NCBI GenBank assembly: GCA_951406725.2
Contig: OX597827.1
Location: 38,688,001 to 38,752,000 of the forward strand
Origin: Octopus vulgaris
Taxonomy: Eukaryota
Reading direction: 5' to 3'
DNA length: 64,000 nucleotides
Positions within the stretch are counted from its first letter, which is position 1; every line of letters starts with the position of its first letter. A program made the translations under genes and the position numbers. This document shows positions 33,914 to 48,900 of this stretch, piece by piece. The notes beneath the pieces were generated by a model. The model saw nothing but the letters and a program-made list of their open reading frames with translations. It was not told where the DNA came from and made no database searches.

Positions 33914-36900
33914 GTGAGTAAACTCGCTCTATCTATCTTTGTATTTCTATATTCATATATATTTAGTTTGCATTTTCTCTAGTAGTGGTTTGTCAAAATT
34001 TAGATATCCGATTGAAATTTACGTCTTCCGCCCTTTATTACTGTGTCTATTGTACATAATCATCCTTTTATTGTAGTATATGTATGAGCGCTCATGTTTT
34101 TGTTTACCATTGAACGACCAAAATCCGCATGCATGCACGTCACTTACACACACATACACACACAGCTGAGTTTCGGAATAGCTATCACTACTTCGTGGAG
34201 AATGAAAAGGGTGAGGAATTAGAAGGAAGGGGAGGCAGAAGTATTTAAAAAAATTGAAATCTCTCGTTGAAAAAAATTCGACAATCACTTTCTTCGAAAG
34301 ATTACCAAAAATTCTTTCAGAATGGTTATTCCCGTTGCATAAAGCAAATAAGACATAAGGGCGATCTTTCGATATAAGATAAAAAGAAAAACAAACAACT
34401 CCTCCCAATTCCTTGCACTTTTCTGCATCTATGAAGTAAACTCCACCACACATTCACATACGTCCAATTGAAGAAAACTGCATTGCGCCGTTTACACACA
34501 GAAATGCGGGGATATTTGGATTGATAACTCGTATATTGTATTTATATAGACATTCAAATTTGATATTCCTTTATATATATTTATACATATTAAGAGAGTA
34601 GTTACTGGATTCAGTATTTCTGGCATTTATCTTTATATCAACTTCCCTCAGTGAAATGAAAAGCAAAAATCGAATCCGAACGCAATTTTAACTCAAAACA
34701 ATAAGGGACAAAACTCTTTCTTTCGGCGCAATGCAGTTTCCCTCTTCAATTTCAACACTCGAAACCAGAAGACTTTCGAATGAAAAACCTATGTTCATAT
34801 TAAAGAAAAATATGTATATCTTTAAAAAATGAGTCATACATTGTTTTAGTTAATGATAAAGTTTTCTTAGATACAACATAACAAAATATAAATTATGGAA
34901 TTTAGCTTTCGGCAACTGCGATTTGAAATCTCTACAAGCTGATGACGATGCCTCTATGCTGTTGTGTAATTACGTCAATCCCCGATTGAGTAATCTAGAG
35001 TCTTCGAACCATAGCCATCTGGTCTTTTTTTTTTCCAAACACTACCATAATCGAATGTCTGTCTTTTTTTCTCTGATGATAGAATATTATCTTAGTGACG
35101 GTTGGCTGCTATTCCTAGCAGATCGAGGAACCATGTAGGTTGTTTCTTAAATGAAACCCTTAAAAGAGGAGATATATTGTATTGTGTGGTTCTAAGTGAC
35201 TACTGAAAACTAAAATTTCATTTTTTCTGTTCGGTGGGGTCACAGCCAAATTGTTCCGGATTCGATCCCACTGCACGACATCTTATGAAGGACTTACACA
35301 TTGCGAGTGTAGTTAATTAAGCGATAACTGTTGTTGTTTGGCTCCTAAATCAATTTGATTGATTTGACTTATGGTCAAAGGCGTTCCAGCCTTTGATTAT
35401 TGGATCCTTTTAGGGTATGTAGGATTACATTGACCAATGTATTATTCCTTTTTTGACACAGTAGAGTGTGATTTGAGTGGATTTGGCTGATATTTCTAGC
35501 AGATCGAGGAATCTTATTGTTCTAGCTAGAGGTTGCTATAAACAGTAGAGTCGACACAATCGCATATAGTCCCCACTTACAAATTTGTGGTCTTGTGCTT
35601 TATTTATTTTAGAAATAACAGAATTGGTAGAGCTGGAGTAACATACAAGGAAACTTCTATGAGTGACTCTATCTGTTAGAAATAACAGCCAAGTCTCTTG
35701 CAAATTATACACCACTCCTGAAAATGGAAGGATTCAATAGATTGATATATTATAGTTGTTGATACACAATGCCATAAGTCTGATCTGTCAGAACTGAACT
35801 GTAACTCCCTGCCCTTTGAGGAATGAAGCACTGTATTGAGTGTTGTGGGATTTGAACTCAGAAGACATGACTGGTGTAAACTAAATGCAGCAAGGTGTTT
35901 AATCTAGTCTTTCTACTGTTTCTACCATTCCAATGATAACACTTGAACCTGCAGAAAGTGAAGGCTGACCTCAGGAGGCTGAACCATATGTAATTGATAA
36001 GGGCCCATCGCTAATGCTCATACTTTGTACTGAAGGAAATCTGTCTGATGTATGGAAGCATGGGAAAACATGTATAATGATGATGGTGATAATATTTATC
36101 TCTTGAGGCATCTGACTACAATTTTTTTTCACGAGAAGGAAGAAGAGGTTATATGGCATCTTTACTTTTCTCAAAAGTAATGTAACTGCTTTAATTAGGA
36201 ATCATAATTAACTTTGCACATTTATCTTCCCAGAAATTTATTATCTGCTGCTATTATTATTATTATTGAGTGAAAGTGACACTGGGGTAAAATATTATTA
36301 TTATTAAGACGGCAAGCTGCCAGACTTGTTACATGCTGTACAAAATGCCCAACAACATTTCTTCCTTCTTTATATTCTGAGTTCAAATGTTGCCAAGGTC
36401 CTTTCTTCCTTTTGGTCAGTGAAATAAGTACCAGCTGAGCATGGGTTGATGTAATTGACTTATGCCATCCCTTGAAATTGCTGGCCCTGTGCCAAAATTT
36501 GAAAAGAAGACAGCAAATTGACAAAATTTTTAGGACAGTGGACAAAATGCTTAGTGGCATTTTATCCATCTTTACATTCTGAGTTCAAATTCTGCCAAGG
36601 TTGACTTTGCCTTTCATCCTTTTAGGATTGATAAAATAAGTACTAGTTGAGTACTGGGGTCTATGTAATCGACCCCCTCCTCCCAAGTGTCAGTCATTTT
36701 GCCTTTAGTTGAAAGGATTATTATTATTAATAATAACAATGATAAAACAACAAAACTGTTTCTAGGCACAAGGTCAGTGATTTTGCGCAGAGAAGCTAGT
36801 TGATTGTATCAACAGTAGTACTTGACTAGTTCTTCATTTTATCACTCCTGGATGGATGAAAGGCAAAGTTGACCATGGCAGGATTTGAAATCAGAATGTA

Positions 36901-39900
36901 AAGAGCTGGGATATATAACATAAAGCATTGTGTCTGACACCTTAATGATTCTGCTAATCTGCCACCCTGGGTAAAAGGCCAGAAATTTGGAGGAGGAGAA
37001 TAGTTGATTATATTGATCCAAGTAATTAACTGGTACTTTATTTTGTCAAAACTGACATCAGCAGGATTTGAACTTATGATGTAAATAAATGTAACTAAAT
37101 ACACTGCAGCATATTGTATAATGTGTTACTGGTTCTTTTATCTGCTTTGACAATAATGTATGTAAATGATTTTATTTTTTGAAAATCTGGCTTTATTTCC
37201 AGAACACAAAGTGAAAACTGGTCAGTTAGACAAATGGTCAATCAAAGAACAACTTTCGCTGGCCTGTTCTGTTATGAAGAATGGTGACCAGAACTGGTAA
37301 AATTTTCTTCTTTTTTTATTTTTCTCCTGTGTGATCTCTCATTTGTCTGTGGCTGTCTGCGTTACGTCATTTTGGTGTGTCTGTCAACATTTCTCTGTGT
37401 ATGCTTTTACTAGCATCTCATATTGTGTTCTACATTCACCACTAAAAACTATCACACTTCTTATACATCTCATAGTCCTTGTTCACTGTCATATACCATT
37501 CATACTTTTTACACACTACAAACAGACCTCTACAGTCATTTATGTTTCACTACCATACACTATCACATGTCTTACATATGTCACTAATAGTCCTGTGTAT
37601 TCATTGCTCACATATCACTATTATTACCATACACACCTTGTAAGTGGGGTGGGGTTAAGACCCCCTTTAGTCATGAATGCCCATGGGATTGCAACTAGAA
37701 AGTTTCTTTCCAAGGCACAAGTCCACACAAGATTTTTGTGGAAGACCAACAGTCATTCATGCATACCAGTGTCTCCTCTCCATGCTACTGATGTTGTTCA
37801 AGGGAAAAGCAATAACCAATACAGCTTGGCACCAGTGACGTTGCAACTCATTTCTATAGCTGAGTGAACTGGAGCAACTTGAAATAAAGTGCCTTGTTTA
37901 AGAACACAACACATATAGCCCATCTGGGAATTGAACTCATAACCTCATGATTGTAAACTCTGAGCCATTCACCCATGTTACACTTAATATACTGCTCTAC
38001 ACTCACTGCTCATATATCACACACCATCACAAATCTTATATAACCGCATATAATCCTCTAAATTCATTGGCCTTTCTTTGCTCTTCATATAAAGAGAAAA
38101 ACTCATATACCATTTAATGTCAATACTGGCAACTGTACTCCAAATCTCTTTAATGGATTACAAAAAAAAAATTATTATTTTCTATTTAGGGTGTCTGTCA
38201 GTCGTGCAATTAAACCATTTGCTGAAGGAGGATCTCGACCTGCAGATTGGTTCTCTCAAAAGGTAAACTTGAACTTTGCACAATTTTTCGTTTTTTATGC
38301 ATATATATGTACACGCATACACACACACACATGCCAGCATAGAAAACTGACATTAGATGATGATGACTCCCTTCCTTCCATGTTATTGTATGAATGGGAG
38401 AAATTTTATGAACCTGTATGGTAAGAGGTTTGCTTCCCAACAACATGCTTCCAGGTTCAGTCCCACTGTGTGGTACCTTGGGTAAGTATCATCTACTGTA
38501 GCCACTGGGTTGACCAAAGCTTTGTGAGTGAATTTGGTAGACAGAAATTGAAAGAAACCTGTTGTATATATTTGTGTGTCTTTGTGTTTGCGCCTCTCTT
38601 TCTCTCTTCCCATCACCACCACCACCACTTGACAACTGCTGCTGGTTTATTTACATCTTCATAACTTAGCAGTTCAGTGAAAGAAAATGATAGACTAAGA
38701 ACCAGACTTCAAAAAAAAAATAAGCACCGAAGTTCATTCATTTGACTAAAACCCTTCAAAGTGGTGCCCCAGTATGGCCGCAGTCCAATTACTGAAACAA
38801 GTAAAAGATAAAAGATTAGAATAGTGTTAGAAATTATATTTACACTTACATGTCTATCTGCAAATCATTCAACTGTAAAGTTGAAGTGGAATCTGTTAGA
38901 TAGGCTGAGGTAAATAGGGCTATGTACATTCCCTCCATTGTTCCACAAAATCAGTGTCGGATTATTTGAACTTGCACCATTTCATATACACTGGGGATGA
39001 ATTTAGTTGAAATATACTGTTCCCCTATAATAGTAGTTCTCAACTATTTTTTGCTTATGGATCCCTTTGATTCCTATTTTACTTGAGGGGGCCTACATAA
39101 CCATTCCATGTTTAAAAAATCCTATTTATATTTTTATAATTAAATATTAGGAATTGCTTACTCTTTCACTTGTTTCAGTCATTTGACTGTGGCCATGCTG
39201 GAGCACTGCCTTTAGTTGAGCGTATCGATCCCAGGACTTATTCTTTGTAAGCCTAGTACTTATTCTATCGGTCTCTTTTGCCAAACCGCTAAGTTACGGG
39301 GACGTAAACACACCAGCATCAGTTGTCAAGCGATGTTGGGGGGACAAACACAGACATACAAACATATACACACACATACATATTTATATATATATATATA
39401 CGATGGGCTTCTTTCAGTTTCCGTCTACCAAATCCACTCAAGGCTTTGGTTGGCCCGAGGCTATAGTAGAAGACACTTGCCCAAGGTGCCACGCAGTGGG
39501 GTTGAACCCGGAACCATGTGGTTGGTAAGCAAGCTACTTACCACACAGCCACTCCTAATATTGTTAAAATATTTTCTGTATTGTAGAAGTGTAGCCAATT
39601 TATTGCACATAAACTTTAACAACAGAATCTTATATGGACCTGCAAGTGCCTTAAGGGCCCCAGTTGAGAACCACTGCCATATAAGATTGACATTATATTC
39701 AAAATCACATTTTTGTAAATCACATAGGTATAACTAAATAATTGGGTTGTCTGACTAAATAATTAACCATTTATTTAATCTCATCCTGCAATATTCTGAG
39801 TTGAAATCCTACAGTTGCATTTGCCTTTCATTTCTCTAGAGTGAATTACATAAGTACCAGTCGCATATTGTGGTTGATTTTGGCTGCACTGTAGTTTCAT

Positions 39901-42900
39901 ACAGTTCTGGTTGTGTAATAATGTAAGAAATCATTATCATGTTAGCATCTAATTTTGTCTCCTATCCTTCAGGATTACTGGCTTAATTTAATCATTAGTC
40001 AAACCTGTATCATGACTTTTTTTTTTACTTTTGTACATTTTTTTTAGTTTATTTTCCTTACATTTTTTTAAAAACACAAATTAACCTCCCAGCTGACATT
40101 AGCTATATAACTGTAATTTAATTTTGTTTGAACCATCATCATACATTTATGTTCCACACTGGCATGGGTTGGACTCCTGTTAACAATAATTAACAATATT
40201 ATTACAGAGTTTATAATGAAAAGAAACTGGTTTGTTTTACCAAAGACAGTATACACATACTTTTTTCGTATACAAAAAAAAAATTATAATAATTAATGTC
40301 TAATGGGTCTCACTTAATACCACATCCAGATGACATTGGTTGGGGTGAACAGTACAAAATAGGATATCCAAATGAACCCCTATTTTGTAAAGTGTACAGT
40401 TGCAAAGTAAAAAAAAAGTCATTATATTCAATATCAAGAAAACACTATGATTCTGGTAAGAATAAATGTTGTCTTTATTCCAGAATTGTGCCTTACAGTA
40501 TGCAGATTTATTGGAAAAAGTGGAAATCCCAAAGTATGTAAAAACTTCTGTAGTTATCCTTAACAAATGTTAGTTAAAATCATTACCACCTTCACTGTGT
40601 TTGTGTATATTCACAAAAGATATGGCCCTTGGCAAAAGAAATCTAACCCTTGTATTTTCTTTCTCAAGTTGCATGTGCACTTCCTCATTACTCTTAACAT
40701 TGTTAATGCAGTGAGCCAATGATTTGCCTGCAGGAAGTCTGTGACCTAAAATGCTATTGTATGCAAGATGTGATATATATTAAATATAAGTGTTATTAAC
40801 AACATGGCTTTGGGTTCAGTCCTATTGTATGACACCTTGAACAAGTGTCTTTTATAGCGCCAGGCTGACCAAAGTCTTGTGGGTGGATTTGGTATATGGA
40901 AACTAAAAGATGACCATCGTGTGTGTGTGTTGATATTACATGATAGATGTAAATGAGATGTCACTGTGATACAAGTGGTGCCCTTCATTTCCAGTCTTCT
41001 GTCCATGGGGAAATATAGCCTTACTCGGAAACAGGTGACAGTTAATGACAGGAAGGGGATCCATCCATGGAAAAATCTGCCTCAAGGAATTCTTTCTGAC
41101 CCATGCAAACATGGAAAAATGGTCATTAACCCTTTGGTGTTTAATCTGACCCTTCACACTATCCCGACAATATTACTCTAAAAATAAACTATCACATCAT
41201 CAAAATCTTGAAGCTATGAGATAATACATGATTAATTCAAAACAATGCAAACAAATGAGCATTACAATAATTTGAATGCTAAAGGGTTAAAGCAATGATG
41301 ATGATTGATGTTTGCTGCTAGAGGGTCAGTGTGAAGAGTGGAGATGGCAAGTGATTCATCAGAATTTTTAGGTTCAGAGAAGAGGTCATTGTTGTAACAA
41401 CAGAAGTGGGGAGAAAAGGCAGTTTCTGTAAACTAGTAATTGTAACTTAATGGTGGGAGTCAGGGTGGTGTTTAGTCTTTTGGCAGTCTGTCAAATGACT
41501 TTGTTTTGAATCTTGTCAAGGATGTTTATATGTGATCCCTGATATTTGAGCTGTATTCCACTGTATAAACTTAATAGAATAAATTATATTGCTTTGTTTT
41601 GTTTGTCTTTTTTTGACATTTTCCCTCTAGAAGAAAACGTAGTGATAAAGAAGCTAATGAAACTCCTGGTGAATTAATTGTACGCAAACTCACCATGGAT
41701 CGGCTTGAAGAATTGAAAAAAATTATCGTTGAAGAAGAAAACAGATACAGGTTTGTATAATATGGAAGTTTGTACTTTGTTTTTAACTCATGATCTGCTT
41801 ATAACTGTTGGCTAATTTACTTATTTAAATTATTGCTTGAATTGCTGAAACTTCAAATTTAATCAGAATTTTGGGTAAAATTTTCGTAAATGACTACTAA
41901 TTTAAGACAGAAAATGACAAAAAAGCTCCTTGTATTCCTTTGACTAATCCATAAAAATATCTTGTAGCCAGTCCCATTATTTCTTATTCCTTATAGTTAT
42001 ATGTGCCAATTAAAATGTAACTGTGTCAGTAATATTATTGCAAGCAAAGAGTGGTGATGGTGGAATGTTTGCAGACATTCGATATTTTTCACTAAGTATT
42101 ATCAGATACTATTTGTGTAAGAAACTTTTTTGTGGTACAAAAAAAGAGCATTCAGATGATGATATCTCCAAGAGAATTAAGGGCTTTTGAATGTGGATCA
42201 GTGCTAGCTCCAGTTTTATTGTACTTTACAAAGATGATACTGTGATCATATCTTCTTTTTGCTCTAGATATGACACCTGTCTATCACAGGCAGACTTTCC
42301 TAGCAGATCTGTTTTTATCCATTTGCAATAAACAATAAGCTGAACTGGAGCAATATAGAATAAAGTGTTCTATATTGTGACTGTCCAATACTCCATCCAC
42401 TTTACCATCTCCCATTTCTCTATCTCCCTATTGAAACTGTTAAGAACAATAGGTATTATATGTGAGTGGAGATATTAGGCAGGTGGCTACAGTGAGCCTT
42501 ATTTTTTGAAGGTTGGATACAGACGAAAATTATATGTAATATAGATAGAACCTTTATGTAATAAGTCATAGATGTTTTCTATATGTAATATGTGAAACTG
42601 TATAAGTGACTTATATGGAACCCATATTTAATAAAGACATAGTTGAGACGTAGGTTCAGTCCTACTGTGTGGCATTTTGGACAAGTGCCTTCTATTATAG
42701 CCCCAGGCCCAAGCCAACCAAAGCCTTGTTAATAGATTTAGTAGGCAGAAGGTGAAATAATCTTGTCATGTATATTATATATATGTAAATATATGTGTGG
42801 GTAAGTTGGTGTATCCTTGTCTGGACATTGCACAAGGTTGTTAACGAGCATGTTCATTTCTAGTTTTCCATGAGAAACATGTCTGGCCTTTGGGAAATAT

Positions 42901-45900
42901 TACCCTACTTGGAAACAGATGAGGGTTGGCAACAGGAATGAGAAGAGCATTTGGTCATAGAAAATCTGCCTCAACAAATGCTGTCTGACCCATGCAATCA
43001 TGGAAAAGTGGGCATTAAAACAATGATAATATAGTTGGGACTCATATTTAATAAGTTGGACATGGAGCCCATAAGTAATCTGTTCTAAAGATGAATCATC
43101 ACCATCATAGTTTTATGTCTGCTTTCCATGCTAGTATGGGTTAGATGGTGGGGAAACCACATCTTACTCGTGTATTTCATTTTTAGATTGGTTTCCGTGG
43201 TTGGGTGCCCTTCTTAACACCAGGCATTTTACAGTGTGATAGGTGCTTTTTTCATGGAACCAGTTATGTATTAAATTATACAGATGGAACTGGGATGCAA
43301 TGAGTTATATAGATGGAATCTTAAGATACTAATTGTTATTTTGTAGTTGTTTTTAAAAATATCAAACTATTGCATCACGTGTGTGCTATGGAATACTCAT
43401 TATTGACTCCTTCTATTTATATACCAGAAAGTTAAAACGAGAAATTGAATGCATAAAAAATGGCCAGTTTGATGACTGTATCCAAGAAGTATGGGAAGCC
43501 ATGGTCCAGTAAGTGATATTGTTGATTGACTTCTGTTAATTAGTGTATGTGTTTATGTGTGTGTCATCATTGTTGTTTAACATCTGCTTTTGGTACTAGA
43601 ATGAGTTGGATGGTTTGACTGAAGATTGGCAAGCCAGGAGGCTACTCCAAGCTCCAATCTGATTTGGCAAGATTTCTACAGCTGGATGTCCTTCCTAATG
43701 CCAACCACTCTGATAGTGTAGCGGATGCTTTTTACATGCCACTGGCATGGGAGCCAGTCAGGCAGCACTGGCATTGCCCACACTTGAATGGTGTTTTTTT
43801 ATGTGCCACTGGCACAGGTACCTGTCAGGCAGCACTGACATCAGCCACACTCGAATGGTGCTTTTTACATGCCACCGGCATTTTGTGTGTAAATTTATGT
43901 GTGAATGTCTGGCTTTAGTGTGCGTATTTGTGTTTGAGTTTGTGTTTTTATATATATTTGTGTGTATATTTGTATGTGAATGAGTGCATGTATTTTTGCA
44001 TCTATATATATGTGTTTTATGTCTGATTCTGTGGGTATATTTTGTGTGTTAACCATGCATTGATGGATATTTCTGGTCATGTAAAATGGTCAAGTAATTT
44101 CATAGACTCAAAGACTGGCCATGTTTTTTTTAACAAATTATTCAGAAGAGGATGAGAAGTAGAGCTCATGACATTTGCATGCCTTCTCAGACTGGTGAGA
44201 TTGATGCTGCTGTTGGCCATCTTAAGTAGCATCTGTAGTATTAGTGTAGGCAAGGAGAGAACCAGGGATTTCATTTCAGTGCTTGTCACAGAGCGAACTC
44301 TGCTAAAGGCACTCAAGAAAAAGCAGAGCATTTATTTGTTGTTATTTAGCCCCAGGTCAACTCTGATAAAGCAGACCAGTGTCCATATGTATTCTAGTCA
44401 TGATCAGCCTGTCTCTTTTGGGAGAATCTATGGTTAAAATATCTAACGTATCCTTTCCTTATTTAAGGTGGTAGGGTATAGTTTGATGGTGTGTGGCTTG
44501 GTGATGAGGGTATTCTGCTCCCAGTTGTGAGGTTGTGTGGCCGATTCCCAGAAATACGTTGTGACCTTGAGCAAGAAACTTTATTTCACATTGCTCCAGT
44601 TCACTCAGCTGGCAAAAGTGAGTTGTAGCTGTAATTCAAAAGAGCCAGCCAGCTTTGTCACATTCTGTCACACTGAATCTCCCTGAGAACTATGTTAAGG
44701 GTACACGTGTCTGTGGAGTGCCCAGTCACTTGCACATTAATCTCATGAACAGGCTCTTCCATTGATCAAATCAATGGAACTACTTGTAACTGAGAGGGAG
44801 CCAGGTCAGGATAAAGTTTGAGGGAGATTTTTTTTTTTTTTTTTTTTTACTGCTATTTCTAGCTGTTAGGTGACCATCTTAATCCTACACTCAAACTGCT
44901 TTTTCATCTTCTGCATTGTTTTCTATAATAAATGTTATTACTTTGCAAACTAATACTATGTCTTTCATGAAACTCATTCATTGTTTATAGGGAGAAGAAG
45001 GTAAAAGATGCCGCTGTCCAAGCTGCTGCTGCTGCTGCTGCTTCTCGGAAGACTGCAAGAACAGAAGGTTCTTTAGATCCTCACCGAACTTTAGCCTCAA
45101 TAGGTAAGACGTCATCATTATAATAATAATAATTATGTCTTGGTATAAAAGATGGGCTACAGGAAATATTCTGCTCAATACCACAGATTTGCTTGTCAGT
45201 TGTTTGACCTTAACCGGTTGAGCAAGTCCCTTAGTGGTTGATGATATGTGCATCTCCGATCGGGAGCAGAAGTAGTGGGGGAGCATCATAGCCATGTGCT
45301 GAGAGGAATTCTTTGGGGTTTGAATAATTCACCCTTGGAAATATGAGTGTTTCGTTCAACATCCTTAAACAACCCTTATTCAGGGACCTTTTGAGCATGA
45401 TGGGGCTAATCGACCTGAAGAAAATTCTAACTGGGCCCCACCACAAGGTCATGTGCTGTTTATCTTGATATGAAATCATGTCACGCACATATGATTGTGA
45501 TGCATGTGCCTAGTACACCCTTATCAGACAGTCATGATGGGTTTGCTGGGCTTCGTATATTTTACCCCAGTGTCACTTTGATAGCATGCGCTGCTCTCTC
45601 ACTCAATAATAATAATAATAATAATAATAATTATTATTATTATTAAAAGCAAGGTGCCATGTGAAAAGCATTGGTACTGGTGCCATGTTAAAAGCACTGC
45701 TGATGGCATCACATAAAAGACACTGCTGATTGTGCCATGTGAAATGCACTGCTGACGGTGTCACATAAAGAGCACAGCTGGTGGTGCCATGTATAACAGC
45801 ACCCAGTACACTCTGTAAAATGGTTGGCTTTAGGAAGAGCCAAAACTGACATTGGATCCTGGTGTGGGCCCTGGCCTTGCCAGCTCCTGTCAAGCTGTCC

Positions 45901-48900
45901 AACCCATGCCAGCATGCAAAACAGATGTCAAATGATGATGATAATGAGGTGAGCTGGCAGAATTGTTAGCACACTAGACAATGCTAAGTGGCGTTTCATC
46001 CATCTTTACATTCTGACCTTAAATGCCACTGGCAATTATTGGACAATTAAATTTAAGATATTTAGTTATGGGTTCTCATTACAGCATTTACCAATTCAGT
46101 ATTTTTTAAGAGATTGTTTTCACTTCTTTACTTCTTTTTTTAGGTTCCTTTAAAATAAAACGTCCGAATCCAAAACGTAGCCGACCACCATCATCAACAG
46201 ATGTGTTTGACGATAAAGATGATGAGCCCACAACAGAAACTTCAACAGCCGAGAAAATTACAGTAAATATAGTCTTATTAAAGTTCCTCATTTTTTGTTT
46301 TGTCTAGTCTTGCCTCAACATTCAAGGTCTTCTCTTATGAATGATTTAAATCCACTCTTTTGTTACTGTGAAGACACATGACTTAGTGGTTAGGATGTTG
46401 GATTCATGATTGTAGGATTGTGGATTTGATTCCTGGACCAGGTTATGTGTTGTGTGTTCTTGAGCAAAACAATTCATTTCATATTGTTCCATTCCACTCA
46501 GCTGATAAAATTGAGTAATCCTGCGATGGACCGGTGTCCCATCCAAGTAGAAATGTATACGCCAGACAAACTGAGAAACTGGCCTTGTTCTCCTTAAAGG
46601 AATAATGTGGACAAACTCCCCACTCCCTTGTAAATTGAACAAAATATCCTTAAATGGATGGGTCACTGAAGAAGTGGCAAGTTAGTAAGGTGAATCCTTT
46701 ATACACACACACACACACACATATATATGTGTGTGTGTGTGTGTGTATTCCTTTAATATTTAGACAGGCCATATCTGGCCAAAATATTCTGCTTATGTTC
46801 AAACTGGCCAGATCTGCCCTCTCACATCAACTCTGTATTATCATTCTAAAAATTAAGTTACCTCATCAAAATCTAGGCTGTAAGATAATGCAAGATTAAT
46901 TCAAAATCATGAGAATAAATATGCATTACTTTAGACAGAATAATGCAAATGCTAAAAGGATATAAATATATATATCTTGAGGTTATTAAATGTAGCTAGA
47001 AATACCATGTAAAATCAGTAATACATAATACTCTACCCTAAAGTCCCTTTACCATTAATATAAACTGACCAACTATGAAGGTTAGTTGAGCTTTTTGATT
47101 CTCCCTTCCCTCTATCTACTGCCTGTATGCTGTTTGCCGTCTCTCCTTTTTTTTTTTTTCAGTATGTTGCTTGCCACCAAATCATGCAATTCTCAAATTG
47201 CCCAACACACCTAACTGTGAATAGATACCATAGGATAGATAGATAGATACATAGATACAACTGTCTGCTCAAAGAAAGAACAGCAAGGGCACTGCAGCAA
47301 AAAAAAAAAAAAAAAAAATAGTTTTTGTAGCTCTCAGTTCAACACCTCCTGTAAGGTCTTGGAGAAAACAAAGAGAAACCATTTCATTGTAACATTCCAT
47401 AGAATTCACTTCACTGGAGTCATTATGTGAAGACTAGTTCTTGAGTCCTTGGATGCTTTAGCAGAGTTCATTCTGTTGCAATCATTCGGGTCAAGTCTCT
47501 GGTTTGAAGATATCTTTCCTTCTCTTGTTGTCCCTCCTGTTTAAGAATACTTTTCCTTCTCCTGTTGTCCTGCAGGCTTTCACATTGACATTGTTTGGAC
47601 TGCGGGGACTGAGGCCCTATAAAAAAGTCATGGGTGCTTTGTGCTTCTTTTCCCTCTTGGCTAAGTGATAAAATAAAAATAGGGACTCGGCAAACAACAC
47701 AATTACAGGACAAGCCAGTGAAGAAGCCCTTACGTTGTAGTCCAACCTGCAAGAAATAGCAACCAAATCTCTCAAATCATCTAATGTAATCTTAGATATG
47801 TTATGTCTGCAAAAAAGACAAAATGGTCATGGTTGGAAACCTTTAATTATATGTCTGCATGATCAGAGCTGACTTAGGATTTAAAAAATCTTTAGTCAAG
47901 TGTTTCAAGTTTTATCTTAGTCTTTTTTCTAATTTTCTTTCTGCAGGAAGCTGAAGACTTTGAACCTAGACACATAACGCCACAGGTGACCGAGCAGCCT
48001 GAGTTGGTTAATACTACTACTACTAGTAGTAGCAGTAGCAGCAGCAATAGTAGTAGTAGTAGCAGCAGTAGTAGTAAAGTGGTGCAAACTCAGGCAGCTG
48101 GTACATCTGCGCCGGTAGTGTCACAGGGATCATCACAGCAGCAACAACAACAGCAGCAGCAGCAACAGTTGCACTTGAAACAGTTACAACATATTCAGAT
48201 GCAACAGTTACAGCAGCTGCAACTACAACAACAGCAACAACAAAAACAACAGCAACAGCAGCAGCAGCAACAACTGAAGCAGCGTCAATCACAGCAGTCA
48301 CAACAATCACAACAACAGCAACTTCATACTTTGTCTCAACTGTCACAGCAACAACAACAACAACAACAGCAGCAGCAGCAACAAGCACAGCAGCAACAAC
48401 AACAAACTCAACCTCAACAACAACAACAACAGCAGCAGCAATCTGTACAACTACAACAACAGTTGCAACAGCTACCACCACAACCACCTCCTCCTCCACC
48501 ACAACAACAACAGCAACAACAACAACAACAGCAGCAGCAGCAGCAACTACAGCAGCAACAGCAACAGAAAACCAAACCAACCCCACCGTCGTCTCCACTG
48601 CTCTCTTCCTTATTACAGAGTAAATTAAAAAGTGCTGACAGCCTCCAGCAACTGAAGAAGGTTCGTCCTTTTCCGGTTTTTGAACCCTTTTTTGCAACCA
48701 TATTTCTGTTGAGATACACCGCCTTTGTTGCAATTAACTGAAAATAATCAAGATTTAATTAAATAACTTTGTCGTTATTAAGCTGGTGTAAGGTGGTGAG
48801 CTGGCAGAATCGTTAGCACGCTGGGGGAAATGCTTAGCAGCATTTTGTCTGTCTTTATGTTCTGAATTCAAATTCCGCTGAGGTCAACTTTGCTTTTCAT

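Noticed and set aside
37331-37867. 178-aa ORF, and similar ORFs at 39216..39737 and 62641..63048
   Set aside because: They are intronic low-complexity or SINE-derived sequence. The 62641 ORF is coding only for its first codons, which belong to BRD8 exon 16.
44077-44331. Minus-strand ORF faintly resembling a Crypton/tyrosine-recombinase fragment
   Set aside because: The similarity is too weak to call by eye; it would need an HMM search.
48023-48733. 236-aa poly-Val/Ala and 101-aa poly-Cys ORFs on the minus strand
   Set aside because: They are antisense shadows of the CAG/CAA repeats in BRD8 exon 9.
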